Below, piece by piece: positions 1 through 12,210 of a DNA stretch of 64,000 bases. Location of the stretch: contig OX597818.1 of the NCBI GenBank assembly GCA_951406725.2, positions 37,572,001-37,636,000 of the forward strand, written 5' to 3'. The notes under the pieces are model-generated. The model was given only the letters and a program-made list of their open reading frames with translations, was not told the DNA's origin and made no database searches. Numbering within the stretch: the stretch's first letter is position 1; every line of letters starts with the position of its first letter. Both the position numbers and the translations under genes were made by a program. Origin of the DNA: Octopus vulgaris (taxonomy: Eukaryota).

Positions 1-24
1 AATAAAGAAACCATGACGTTGTCG

Positions 25-180
25 CTCGAACTGTTAGAGATAGCAGTAGATCTCTCTCGCTCTCTCTCTCAAATCACATTTTATCTTTTTAAAAAGGAAA
101 ATGTATATTGGATTGTGTATGTAGTCACAAAAGACGGATGGCCATGGTTAGACTACCTTTGATCATAGGTCAGAGCATAA
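25..180 (+). repeat. Old dispersed repeat (family E), degenerate copy
   Basis: Motifs similar to ctagaaatagcagccaaatctccctcaaatcac...ggatggtcatggctggaatgcctttgatcataggtc recur at about 4020-4125(-), 13690-13870(-), 17195-17585(-), 34830-35020(+), 39330-39720(-) and 59850-59933(+). Confidence 0.55.
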
Positions 181-329
181 AACAAGAAAAAGACATTAAA
201 AGCAAATTAGACCGTAGACTGAACACTTACGACAAAAAAGAAATAAGTAATGACTATTTAATTGAAAAATAAATTAATTCTAACAGTTTAAGTATTAAAC
301 ACGCTGACGGTAACGACGACAACAACGTT

Positions 330-908
330 CAGACATAGTCAAATAAATTAGTCAGGAAAGATAATGCCTAGGCTAGTAGGTGTTTCCACCTCCCTTCCAA
401 AGAGCAACTAGAAGAAGCACCCCACGAAATATTGGTAGAAAGTTTTTAGATTAATCGTGGAAAGGCTTACGTGACTGCTGTGTTTTCAGGACCGGGCACT
501 CAGCCAAAACACAGGCTGAAACAGTTAGATATAGATCTACTCCATCATTTAGAACAGAAAATTATAGAAGTGAAAGCCAAGGGCATTGGCAACAATGTTG
601 ACCCGTGCTCGTTATCTTTGTTTCGGAGTATAGATGTGTGGTTAGCGCAAGAGTCATTTGAGGCGATATGTGGGAAGGATTAGGATGAACTTTTGAATCT
701 TAGAATGCACAACATGGCCATACCAGAGATGTGCGTAGTTGAGAGCACCAAAACAAAGGGTATGAGGTTGACGATGTATTTCAAATGGTCTAGTTGTAAT
801 ATATGTGGCAGTAAAGGCCATTCAAGGGGCTTTTGCATCAAAGAACTGGAAAGGCTAGAAAAGTGGAGGAGTGAGGAAAGCAGCGGTTCGGCAAAAGGAG
901 ACCAATAG
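330..908 (+). mobile_element. Degenerate retroelement gag/ORF1-like fragment with CCHC zinc knuckle
   Basis: ORF 693-908 contains CNICGSKGHSRGFC (exact CX2CX4HX4C, nt 795-836). It is in frame with ORF 471-683 across a stop codon. Confidence 0.6.
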
Positions 909-1040
909 AATAAGTACCAGGATATAGAAATATAAAGAAGTACTGTGGTCGATTTATTCGTCTAAAACCCTTCAAGGCGGTGCTCCAGCATGACCGCAGT
1001 CAAATGACTGCAAAACAAGCAAAAAATAAAAGATAGAAGA
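906..1040 (+). mobile_element. SINE family B, 3' fragment
   Basis: agaataagtaccagg...aaggcggtgctccagcatgaccgcagtcaaatgactg plus A-rich tail, matching the 3' end of the full copies at 35517 and 57458. Confidence 0.8.
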
Positions 1041-2581
1041 TTTAATCATTACTAAAGAAAAATGTATGAAAAGATGTGGTTCGTAATTCCGTTTAATTTC
1101 CTCTCTGATACTTAACTAGGTTATAAACTATAAGACAAAAATACCGCTCCCATATAAGCGCTCACGCATATGTATGTATTAATGCTTACATACACACACA
1201 CGCTTAAACGTGCCTCAAGATATTTTGAAAGGTTCAGAAATGTTTGTATAGTCGGATTGAGAGAAAGAAAATGGAAGTTGGAGAGGGAGGAATATAAGGA
1301 CAGTTATATAAACTGCTTAAGAAAGACACACGTACGTACATATGTATGTATGCATGTATGTATGTATGCGTGTGTGTGTGTGTGTGTGTGTATGTATAAA
1401 GATCGCACATTAGTAGTGAATGTGTGGAGGCAATGTTTATCACCGTATTAGATCTTTATAATGCATTAACATTAATGTCACATTGTAGTGAAATTTCCTG
1501 TTTTTGTTTTTGTTTCACTACACGCCTTATTTTTGTATTTTATTAACATATTCAGATCGCGCACGCGTTTGCCGACGACTAGTGTTGATCAAATATCAAG
1601 AACTAAGTAGACTGATACATCACTATTGACATTATTAAACAAAATATAAATATTGACAGAGCAAATTGCAATCTCTCGGCTACTGAACAGACTGAAGTCC
1701 TGTTTTCGTAAACCTTGAGCATTAGTTGTCTGAATGGGGCCACTATGCTTCTGATAAATATGTATCTTTATCGGCTCTGGAAGGATAAAAAACGAAGTTA
1801 ATTTCGGTGGAACATCATCATTATCATCATCATCGTTCTAGCTTCCACTTGGACTGAGTTAATTGAAGCAGATTTTTGCACTTCGAATTGCAGCGACGGC
1901 ACTAAACGCTGCAAAATGTTGCTGCTGTGCTCGACCAAAGTCAGAACCAAAAAGGCTTAATTGGATCAATGCGTATTTAATCAGGAAGGAGAGCATCATA
2001 CAAGATGTTCTTTGAAAATGGTTGTTGTTGTTAAGCAACAAGACGGGTAAGGGTGATTAGGTGATGGTCTAGGGCTTAGGGGCGGGAGACCCCAGACCTT
2101 GGAAAAAAAAAACTTTGGTCGTCTTGTTGTAGTCGAGGGCTCTTCGTTGACGCCTGACACCACTGGGAGGTGGCCTTCGAAGTCGCTGGAAATGGAGATC
2201 TCCAGGTCCAAATTCTTGAACGGCATTTGAAAATGGTTGGAGTGCGGTGTTGGCAGATAATTTAGGGAAGTCAAAATTATTGATTTTGCGTGAACAGATT
2301 CATAACTGAGTTTTGTAAACGCCGAGCACAGTGACTGACTGGAATCCAGTTTATTACTGGTACTTATTTTCTACATCCCTGGAAGAATGAAAGGCAAATG
2401 ATAACCTCGACGGACATTAACGCAATGCGTTAAGAGTGGTAGCTGCGTTACAGCTGACCCATAAAACGAAGCGACTGGCAGACCTATAGACTGCAAGTAT
2501 ACAACATTTTGTGTTAGTGGCTGCCAAGTGTGAGCGCTTTCCATAACTTTAGTGGTGTCATAGAACATAAATAGTTAAGAA

Positions 2582-2631
2582 TCATTGGCTTAAGAAACTC
2601 TTCAGGGATGAAGAGTTTCTTAAGCCAATGA
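2582..2631. repeat. Perfect 23-bp inverted repeat with 4-nt spacer
   Basis: tcattggcttaagaaactcttca-ggga-tgaagagtttcttaagccaatga. Confidence 0.95.
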
Positions 2632-2921
2632 CACTTTCTTAAGCGGATGAAACTTTCAGGAATGTTTGGCCTCGTGACTGGCACGAACTGATTAGATTTT
2701 GGGATCGATCCGGTACCGGTCAAGAATTCTGGATTATTTTCCGTTTTTTTTTTACTTAACTTTTGAGAGCGGTCAGGGTCATTTTTAGTATTCTCGTTTG
2801 TGAGAGCAGTCGAGTTTATTTCAGATTTTCTCATTTTAAAAATCATCTCTGGCTAAACGTTGAGAGGACTTTGGTGTTGCCTTGGCTGAGATTTGCGCTT
2901 TCTGAGCGCTCTTTCAACTTA
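2632..2921 (+). mobile_element. Probable non-autonomous Helentron/HINE-like element, 3' part
   Basis: ctgattagattttgggatcgatccgg and the terminal ccttggctgagatttgcgctttctgagcgctctttcaactt resemble the subterminal repeat and 3' stem-loop (gcgct...agcgc) of HINE-type elements. Recalled similarity only. Confidence 0.45.
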
Positions 2922-3469
2922 CACACCGCCCGTCTTAGAAAGATGATTTCATTAGACTAAGAAGCCCTGGAGACAAATGCATCTAGGCAATATTTCCGTT
3001 CTGATTCATTCACATAAGCAAACAATACATGTATTCATACACAACACTTTATTTCCGACTTCTTGATACAGTTAGAGAGTGAAGGTGGTAAACGATCAGA
3101 AACTCTGGATCATCAAGCTAAAAGGCATTAAAGTTTTTAGTTCCGTCCATCCCTACATCCTATTGCCAGATTCGATTTTTCGATTTTCCTTTAGGATAAA
3201 GTATAGCACATCCGGGAAGGTTTCGTCTTTCATTACTCAGTCTTTATTATTCATCCTCGGTATTATGTTCACAACTCTACTCCTGGATCGATAAAATAAT
3301 GTCAGTCATATGCTGATGTTGATTCAATCGACTAATCCACTAATCCCCAATGTCTGACCTTGTGCTTATATTAGAAACAATCACACATCCTGTCTCCCAT
3401 TCTCCCCTGTATTTACACGTGATGAGATATGATGGGAGAATGAAATTACTCGGAGCAGTATAATAGCAG

Positions 3470-3910
3470 GCGAAATTTGGGGGTGGAAGGCAGCGGCCAG
3501 CTGTTACTCCAGGTCTTCCACGAGGAGTCCAGACCTTTTCGTGATGCCTGCCAGTATTGCGTCTATCAGAGAACTGCAGTACAGATGATTGAGCTTGGCC
3601 TCCATCAACTTCATGACGGTAGCTGCTAAAGTTGGTAGAAGGCTCCCATGGTAGGCCTGGTCCTCACCCTGGATTTTATCCAAGGCCTTGGCAACATTAG
3701 ACATCACCTGGGCGTTCTCCGTCAGGAAGCTGACATCCGAATCAGCGAAGGCTGCAGCTTCAGCCGTGTCATTACCCTGTGGACAGCTTCCCTATTCTTC
3801 TCCAGCAGGTTGTTGAGAACAACAACAGAGTCATAGGTAGAGTTCCATATGGTACTGTTGGAGACCACCAGCCTCCTCTTCAACGCGTCCAGAATGCTGT
3901 CTGCAGCTCT
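3470..3910 (-). mobile_element. hAT (ZBED-like) transposase pseudogene fragment
   Basis: Minus-strand translation gives ...STIWNSTYDSV... (TRWNS-like), VAKALDKIQGEDQAYHGSLLPTL and LAAAFHP, with a frameshift and a stop. Confidence 0.8.
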
Positions 3911-4244
3911 GCAGATTTCACGTGGCAGATAGCAAACACTGCTTTAAACTTTTGAACTTTGCTTCTTTCTGTTGGACGTTGTTGTTTAGACTCACTCACT
4001 CCAGCTATAACCAATAAATAAAGGCGTTCCAGGCATGACTATCCCATGTTTTCCTATGTATCTGGGATGATATTCTTGATTTAAAGCCTAGATTTGAGGG
4101 AGATTTGACAGCTGTTTTTAGCATGTTTGTCAAACATGCTAAAACATGTTAATTTTAATGGCTTATGGGTAGTTGCAAAACCTTAATGTTTCAGCAAAAA
4201 GAGACGACATTTGGAAATTGTTAAAGCTATAAGATTGATTTCAA

Positions 4245-4450
4245 ATTTTGGCACAAGGCCAGCAAGTTTGGGGAAGGGGTTAAGTCGATTACATTGACTC
4301 CAGTGCTCAAATAGTACTTTGTTTACCGACCTTGGAAGGATGAAAGGCAAAGTCAACCCTGGCGGAACTTGAACTCAGAACGTAAAGACGGACGAAATGC
4401 TGCTTAGCTTTTTGTCCGGCGTGCTAACGATTCTGCCAGCTCACTGCCTT
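4245..4450 (-). mobile_element. SINE family A, monomeric older-type copy
   Basis: Minus strand: A-box-like tggcagaatcgttag, B-box gagttcaagttcc, central gactttgcctttcatcc domain and cccttccccaaa...ccttgtgcc tail. Confidence 0.85.
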
Positions 4451-6439
4451 AATCAAAGATGTCCATTGAGTAATAGGTATGGATTCAGTTTCGACATACA
4501 CACACATGCTCATACACGCACACACACTAAAAAACGACACACACACACTCTCAATACACACACACATACACACACAATTGTCCCTATTCATATATAGTTT
4601 CAAACTATCATTTATTCATTGTCTAGACTGTTTATTGCTCTTTTCGAAATAGCATTAGACGGCGAAGTATATGGAAGATTGTAACTGTTTACTGAAGATT
4701 GCTACTATTTACCTCGGCAGTTGTTTCAGAACCATTTAGATATGTTTGTAGACTTGCAGATGTCCAATGTATTTGTATGGATATGTCTGAAAAAGTACAA
4801 TCTATTACGGATAGGATGAGACATCTACGTTCTCGCGTTTATCAATAGGCCTTGTTCTGTTACCTACCAGTTCTTTACAAGACGGTCAAAGCAAGATGAA
4901 CAAGTATAGCAAATGGTTATTGATAATTCAATAAGGAGGACGATTGAATTTCTGGTTGACAGACTGCTGTAATATTTGAAATACTAGGCTGTAATAGACG
5001 AAGAAAGATAATAGTATTTTCAAGGGAAAAAAAATTGAATAAGATCGAAGGATGTTGTAATTAAGTTAACCCCTTATTCAAGAGTAAATAAAGAGAGGAT
5101 ACACTTGTATTGTGGCTATGCTGGTTGTGGTAATGATATATACTTTCTGACGTAAATGATTTCGGGAGTGTACTGGTGTTACGACAAGGAAAGTTATTGC
5201 TATTGTTTAACCCCAGAGAGCTCAAATTGAAGAAACCTAACATCGATGTTCGGACCATAACAGATAGCAAAGTGTGAGTCGAATAAAATTTGTTTGCTAG
5301 TATGCACCCAGGTATAATTATAATACCAATAAAGTTTGAGATTTTAATACCACTTGTTAAAAGATAGGTGTCGAATGCAATATTCATAGATGTAGTTAGA
5401 GAAGAAAAAAAAAGAAAAGAAAGAATTAATCTTAAAAAATTACAAAATAGAATGAAAAGAAAATGACGTCCACTTTGCAAAAAGGAAAAAAAAAACTGAT
5501 GAAAATTCTTTCAGTGATTCATTAGAAATCCAGTGTCGACTGTAGTCTGATACGATGAAAGATACATTCCAAGTATTGCTTGTACGGAGAGATATTACAA
5601 ACCACTTGGCACGTATTAGAAGCGTTTAAAACTACACACTGTAGAAATACTCTTCTCTTATAACATTGAATATTTCTCTCAACTGGCAGACATATTGTTT
5701 TCAGCAGTTTCTATGAATCCGACGCGTGTCTGTTGCTATGATCACACGTTTTAAACATTAATTCATTCTAGCAGAAATATTAAACGGAATCAGACAGTTG
5801 TATTCAGTTTTACATAAGAAGGGGATACTATCTCCATCACCCAATTTCTCGTATAAAGCGTAAACATCGGATTTCATAAGCAACACCTTATAAGTAGCAC
5901 CTGCGAGCAATGACAGGTACTTAATCAGGCACAGTTATACGTACACACTCTCTTCTTTCTCTTCTCTCTCTCCCTCTCTTTAGTTTTCTCTTTCTCTCTA
6001 GTTCTCTCTCTTTCTCTTACACACGCATAGATACTAAACCATCCAAAAGTATGTCTTATTTAGAGAGTCACAAATAAGCACATTTGCAATTTATTTACTT
6101 CAGCTTCGTAGATTAACGTTATCTTACCTGACATTTACCTACAGAGTTAAATAAATCAACACTGGCTTATTTTACCAAATTACAAGACCACAAATTTGTT
6201 GAAAGAAGGATATAGCTAACTAGATGTGCCTCACTGTATCGTGTATTTTTTATAGATCTCGATCCTGAATATAAAGACATTTGAACTCTAAATATTGAGG
6301 GACGTAATTAAATATGTCCTTTAGTCAAGATAGTCATGCCCTTTAGTTACATAATATAACTTTCTGATAGTTTAACACCTTAAGTGTATAAATAAATAAA
6401 AAACTTTTTTATTTCTCAAATTATGATAATTTCACGAAT

Positions 6440-6990
6440 TTTTGTGGAGAGGGTATTGCCTATTAAATCGTCTCAGTACTTGTCAGGTACTTATTTAATC
6501 GACCCCAAAAGGATGAAAGGCAAAGTCGAGGTCGACTTTACCTTTCATCCTTTCGGGGTCGATTAAATAAGTGCCAGTTACGCACTGGGGTCGATATAAT
6601 CGACTTAATCCGTTTGTCTGTCCTTGTTTGTCCTCTCTGTGTTTAGCCCCTTGTGGGTAGTAAAGAAATAGGTATTTCGTCTGTCTTTACGTTCTGAGTT
6701 CAAATTCTGCCGAGGTCGACTTTGCCTTTCATCCTTTCGGGGTCGATAAATAAAGTACCAGTTACGCAGTGGGGTTGATGTAATCGACTTAATCCCTTTG
6801 TCTGTCCTCCCTGTGTTTAGCCCCTTGTGGGTAATAAAGAAATAAAAATAGGTACTTATTTCATCGATTTCAGAAAACTGAAAGGTAATGGTAATTCCGA
6901 CGGAATTTAAACTCAACGTAAAAGCGGTAACTTTTTTTTTGTCTTTTTATTTCCGCTACCCAACGATTTCTGCCAGTGCACCTACGTTTT
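6440..6990. mobile_element. Nested SINE A: young + copy (about 6486-6849, 5' end inverted) inside an older - copy
   Basis: aggtacttattt is duplicated at 6485-6496 and 6850-6861. Inverted 44-bp arms at 6486-6529 and 6532-6575 carry 3 mismatches. Confidence 0.8.
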
Positions 6991-7160
6991 TAATTAGGAA
7001 TAAATAATATTAATGAGACAATTTTTTTGTTTTATTTAAGGAAGAAATTTTAGATGATGTTAAATAATTAAGGCAGTGGATTGGAAGAATCGTCAAAGCA
7101 TCAACTTTTTAATATCTGGGTTCAAATTCCGCTGCAGTCAACTTTGCCTTTCATTCTTTT

Positions 7161-7425
7161 TTAACATACTCGGGTAGATTTGAACGCGACTATGCTAATC
7201 GCTGTTGTATTTTGCTTTCGGAGAGCAGCTTCTTTCAGACGGTATGACGCGGTTAGCTTTGACAGAAGAGACACAATAATTTCCAAACATTGGTGTCTCG
7301 AAGTCATCTACATCTAAATCGAGTATGTTATCAATACACATTGTCTGAAGGAAGAAGTTGTTCTCCGAAGACGAAATACAAAAGCGATTAGCATGTTGAC
7401 GCTCAAATTCGCCGGAATATGTTAA
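7161..7425. mobile_element. Foldback element/MITE with about 80-bp imperfect TIRs bounded by TTAA
   Basis: ttaacatactcggg...cttctttcagac pairs with gtctgaaggaagaag...ggaatatgttaa. Confidence 0.7.
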
Positions 7426-7489
7426 GAATGAGTATGCACATCATTGTATAACCCACCCCCCGCGCAGACATTATGGCTATGGCTCAGAA

Positions 7490-7720
7490 ACTCTTGGCAG
7501 CCACATGGTTTCAGGCCGACTTGTGAGTGAATTTGGTTGACGGAAACTGTGTTGAAGCCCGTCGTATAGGTACACGTATACACACACATACGTTTGTGTG
7601 TTTGTTCGACATCGTGGCAACCGATTTTGATTTGTTTACGTCCCTGTAGCTTAGTAGCTCGGCAAAAGTAACAGACAGAATAAGCATCGAAGTGGATTCG
7701 TTCGACTAAACCCTGTGAGT
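7490..7720 (+). mobile_element. SINE family B, degenerate
   Basis: gtgagtgaatttggttgacggaaactg...gaagcccgtcgtata...tttacgtccctgtagcttag. Confidence 0.7.
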
Positions 7721-7802
7721 TGATCACTGAGGTACACTATAGACCCAGTGGTATGATAAAAACCACCGACCTCCCGTTAGTTATTCGATATTACTCAGTC
7801 AT

Positions 7803-8201
7803 GAACGTTAGCACGCCGGACGAAATGCGTAGCCGTATTTCGTCTGCCGTTACGTTCTGAGTTCAAATTCCGTCGAGGTTGACTTTGCCTTTCATCCTTC
7901 CGGGGTCGATAAATTAAGTACCAGTTACGCACTGGGGTCGATGTAATCGACTTAATCTCTTTGTCTGTCCTTGTTTGTCCACTCTGTGTTTAGCCCCTTG
8001 TGGGTAGTAAAGAAATAGGTATTTCGTCTGCCGTTACGTTGTGAGTTCAAATTCCGCCGAGGTCGACTTTGCCTTTCATCCTTTCGGGGTCGATAAATTA
8101 AGTACCAGTTACGCACCGGGGTCGATGTAATCGACTTAATCTCTTTTCCTGTCCTTGTTTGTCCACTCTATGTTTAGCCCCTTGTAGGTAGTAAAGAAAT
8201 A
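7803..8201 (+). mobile_element. SINE family A, dimeric copy with 16-bp TSD
   Basis: Two about 180-bp units. TSD gatattactca(g/t)tcat at 7787-7802 and 8202-8217. Confidence 0.9.
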
Positions 8202-10762
8202 GATATTACTCATTCATCAGCGTTCTCAGGATATTTAATAAGTAAAGCAGCATAAGTTTTAACAAACATTTCGTTTTGTCTGATATATTGTAGATCAAAC
8301 GGTGAAGGAACTACTGGTAAAGTAGATAAGCGTGTTAATTTTCAGCAAATTCATTTCCTTAACGGTGGTTATGTTCGTGAAGAAACATCATTAGTCTTTA
8401 TTCCATTTCCTTCATACGTCTCAAAATACACTAATATTCTTCCTACACTGTGAAGTTTTCTAGGTTCCAACTATGAAACTCGATTTCTTGTTAATATCTT
8501 TCAGAAGGATGAATCCTATCAAACTTCGTACATAGCACACGCGATACACGTGTGTGTGTTTGTGTGCATGATGAGTGATTGAGTGTGTGTATGGATACGC
8601 GCGCATGCTCAAGTATACGTAGGAAGAAAAACCTACTGTACATAAAAACAGAGAGTGGAAGAGAGAAAGCCTTATGAATAATGTCCCTCTATAAAAATAC
8701 GCACTTACGAGGATCACTTGATATTGTCATCGATACGTATATCGTGCCAAACTCACAGAAAACAATATAAAAGAAAGATACCAGAACAATAAAAAAAGGA
8801 GTTATGATTTATTTTTGCTTGTTTTATTGGGTTGTTTTCTGACAGTAAAACTATGCCGTTTATCAAACCTTCGCGACATCTGACATATTTATTGACTTTT
8901 ATTTATCAAGTATACATTTCCCTATCTACTTCTAAGTTGTTATATCGTAAATTTCGTACTATTTCTACATCAGTTTACTGAACTTAATTTGCACAATCGC
9001 GAAAACATCATCTCTCCGTCAGAAGATTAGATTCTTCATGTTGTCATAAAGAAAACTCTGCGAGAGATATTTTCGTTGCTATTCTAATGATGCATGGGCG
9101 AAACTTCTCTTTAGATACTGATAAATATTGGTTGTCTCATCGTAAAGAACCAATGCATTGAATACTCGATCGATCATCCACTTCATAAAACCCGCCGGAT
9201 CAGTGAAGGGATGGTGTCAAGCAACTTTGAACAGCGAGTACGTTATGTCTGTGGTTTCTTGATATACCAAACTACCAGTACGAAATACATAACACTCTTT
9301 TATTTTTATAAGAAATAAACAAACAAAAAAAAACACCAGATTTTCTTCCCCGAGACGAGGACATGCAACAAGGACGCAGTGTGTAAGCTAACTGATGACA
9401 CACTTAAATGTTTAGTTTCTTCACATGGTAATCTGGTTTTTTAACTGAACAACCTATCTTTCTGGGGGGTCGATTTGGGACGGTAAGCTCTTTCTAATCG
9501 GGTGCAACGTTTGCCTCGGTGGGTAGCAACGTCGAGTAACTACAACAGATTCATTGCAGTTTGTGTGGTCTCAGATATTTTAACATCCTGCTGGCAGAGC
9601 TTCGCTATTTATTCTGCCAACCATTGATTGACGAAATTATCAAATGAAAATGATACTTTATAGAATGAATAACAGACTTACGAAATGGTCCTGCATCAAC
9701 AAAAATAAATGGAAAACAAAAAACCCCACAGATGACCGATTCATGTCTGATGATATAAACTAACTGAATGATTAAATTAGTACTTGCAGCTTATAGGTTC
9801 GAGTTCAAACCATACAAACCCTTCCCTCGTGTGGCTAAGCTGGAGTTTATACCTACCGATATATGTCTGTTAGGATCGGAAATAGATTTGCAAAATATTG
9901 GGGATGCTTCTATTTTTTAATGTATAGTTATAGAAGTCCCATGTCAATGACTTTACGTCAAGTGAACGTTGATATAAAATCAAGGTTTCTTTGCAATTTG
10001 AATTTTTACATGTAGTAAAGAGATATTTGATACTTTTCATTTACTCAAGATTTTTGAGTGCATTCCTTCAACCAGTTTTAAGTATGTAAAGGAATAATGC
10101 AGTTAATAAGTCAAACTTTAAGATAATGAAAAAAAAAAGAAACGTTATCTAAGATTTTATGAGCTGAATCACACGATTTTAGTAATTATTATACAAGTCT
10201 AACAAAAGACATATTCTAAAGTACCGCATCTACACTCCTCCACCATAATCGGGAAATACTTTCGCAGAACTTGTAGTTGGTCTGTTGTATGTCGAGTACT
10301 GTACTATATTCTAAAGGTTTCGTGTATGCAAAACTGTGCCCCCATTCCATTTAAGATTCTCATCACATGCACAGAACCAGCGAAGTGGTTCCATGAACAA
10401 GCAACTGCTGTTGTTAGTTCATAGTGTTTTGACGTGGGTACTTTACTCTCCTTTGTAAATATTATATTCATTGATATCCATATCTGTTTTTGGTACTTTA
10501 TCTCGGTTGTTTTTAGAAATATGATTTCAATCCGTATTATCAGTAAACAACTCAATTTAATCTTCTTCACATTATACTTTACTCTTTGCATTATAATCTG
10601 TCAGAATTCATGAAGAAGTGAACATCAGATTGCATGTATAACTAAAGACGTAGACGCATGGATATGTATGAGTGAGCAACAGTGTTGAGTAGAGGTAAGT
10701 TCCCTGCGAGCCGAGTTTGTGAGATACATTAGAGTTTCAGTTGGGTCTTATAGCTTATAAGT

Positions 10763-11200
10763 TAAAATCTTCAAAGCCACAGTCGAAATAACTCTACTAT
10801 ATGGCTCAGAAACCTGGACGTTATCAAAGAAGCTTGAGAGGCGTTGGATGGAACTTACACTCACCTCCTTATGAGAGCTCAAAATCTCTCGTGGAAGTGT
10901 CATCCAACCAAAATACAAATATATGGGAAACTACCACCTGTATCATCTCTTGTGAAAGGTAGAAGAGTCCACTTTGCTGGACAGTGTTGTAAAGCTGAAA
11001 ACGAGACAATTTTTACTCTTCTCCTCTGGAAGCCATCTACTCGCAATACCAGAGGACGCACACTCTCCTACCCTCATGTAATCTCCAGGGATACAGGCAT
11101 CCAGCAACAGGACCTCCCTAATGCTATGATGGACCGTGAAGTCTGGCGTAGCATAGTAAATTCCATTGTCTCGACCACGGTCGAACAATGATGATGATGA
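10763..11200 (+). mobile_element. RTE-clade LINE, 5'-truncated 3' end
   Basis: KIFKATVEITLLYGSETWTLSKKLERRLDG...FAGQC...MMDREVWR, followed by a (TGA)n tail. Possible TSD ataagtta. Confidence 0.9.
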
Positions 11201-11984
11201 TAAGTTATAACTTATAAACTGTATTCAATAATGTGAACAATGTTTGATTCTAACAAGCTGATTTTTCGTTGATACAAGACATCGATGTGCTTCCTAGATT
11301 CATTAAGTATTGCAAGCTACTTATACGTGTGATACAGGAATAAAAGTTCTTGGTAGTGTCTAGTGTAGTATATTAATATTAAAGAAAAATAATGGAGATA
11401 TTCCTTTCTTTTTCTATACAGATATAAAAAGTCTTCGAATTTTGTTAAGAAAATCAGATGAAAAACATTGAATCTCTAGCGCTAGCCAATAACAGCAATA
11501 ACAACAACACAATCCGTGTGCTGTTGTTATTGTTGCATTTCATGTCTTTAGGAATATTCGAAGAGTTTTTATAAATAAACGATTTTCACCATTGCTTTGA
11601 GTTTTTGTTGTGTGTTTGTGTGTTTGTGTGCGTGCGTGCGTAAAGTGAGAACCGTTACCTGCGAAAGAATATGGCTTGTTTTTAACATACTTTCGCTAAT
11701 AATTTTAAGTGGCTATGTAGTCACGAGCAGACACAGATACTCCTTCGACTCTCCTCCACCACTTGACCCAGTGGCACATCCAGGATGTGGGGGCTGGAAG
11801 GAAAAAAGAGCTGCACAAAAACTCGGTTGGTACAAATGAGCTGGAAGAATGTGAAATGAAGTTTCTTGAATTTCACAGTGCGTTGCACGATCCAAGAATT
11901 GAATTATGCTTGTGAGTCGAACAGCCTAATTACAAGGTCACGCGCTTCCACACTCTCTTTCACACACATACACACACACGGTTC

Positions 11985-12150
11985 AAATGTACAGAAAACA
12001 AGAGACAAAGATAGGTAACGGAACAACAAACAGGTGTATTAGTTGGACGCTCAGGAAGAATGGAAAAGACTTTGACGTTTCGAGGCGACAGAAAGGTATG
12101 AGAGGTAAAAAAAAAAAAGCGGAGATGTCGGGATTAACGGTTTGACACGA
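11985..12150 (-). mobile_element. Penelope-like short repeat, degenerate hammerhead-bearing family
   Basis: Minus strand ctcgaaacgtcaaagtcttttcc...cctgagcgtccaac is similar to the copies at 20328, 29815 and 62950. Confidence 0.55.
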
Positions 12151-12179
12151 TGAAATATACATACATATATATATATGTG

Positions 12180-12209
<30 letters not shown>

Positions 12210-12210
<1 letters not shown>

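Noticed and set aside
5061-5480. 139-aa hydrophobic ORF
   Set aside because: Low-complexity AT-rich translation overlapping a degenerate repeat, with no domain motif.
11493-11537. 18-bp imperfect hairpin
   Set aside because: Built from AAC/GTT low-complexity runs, so likely chance.
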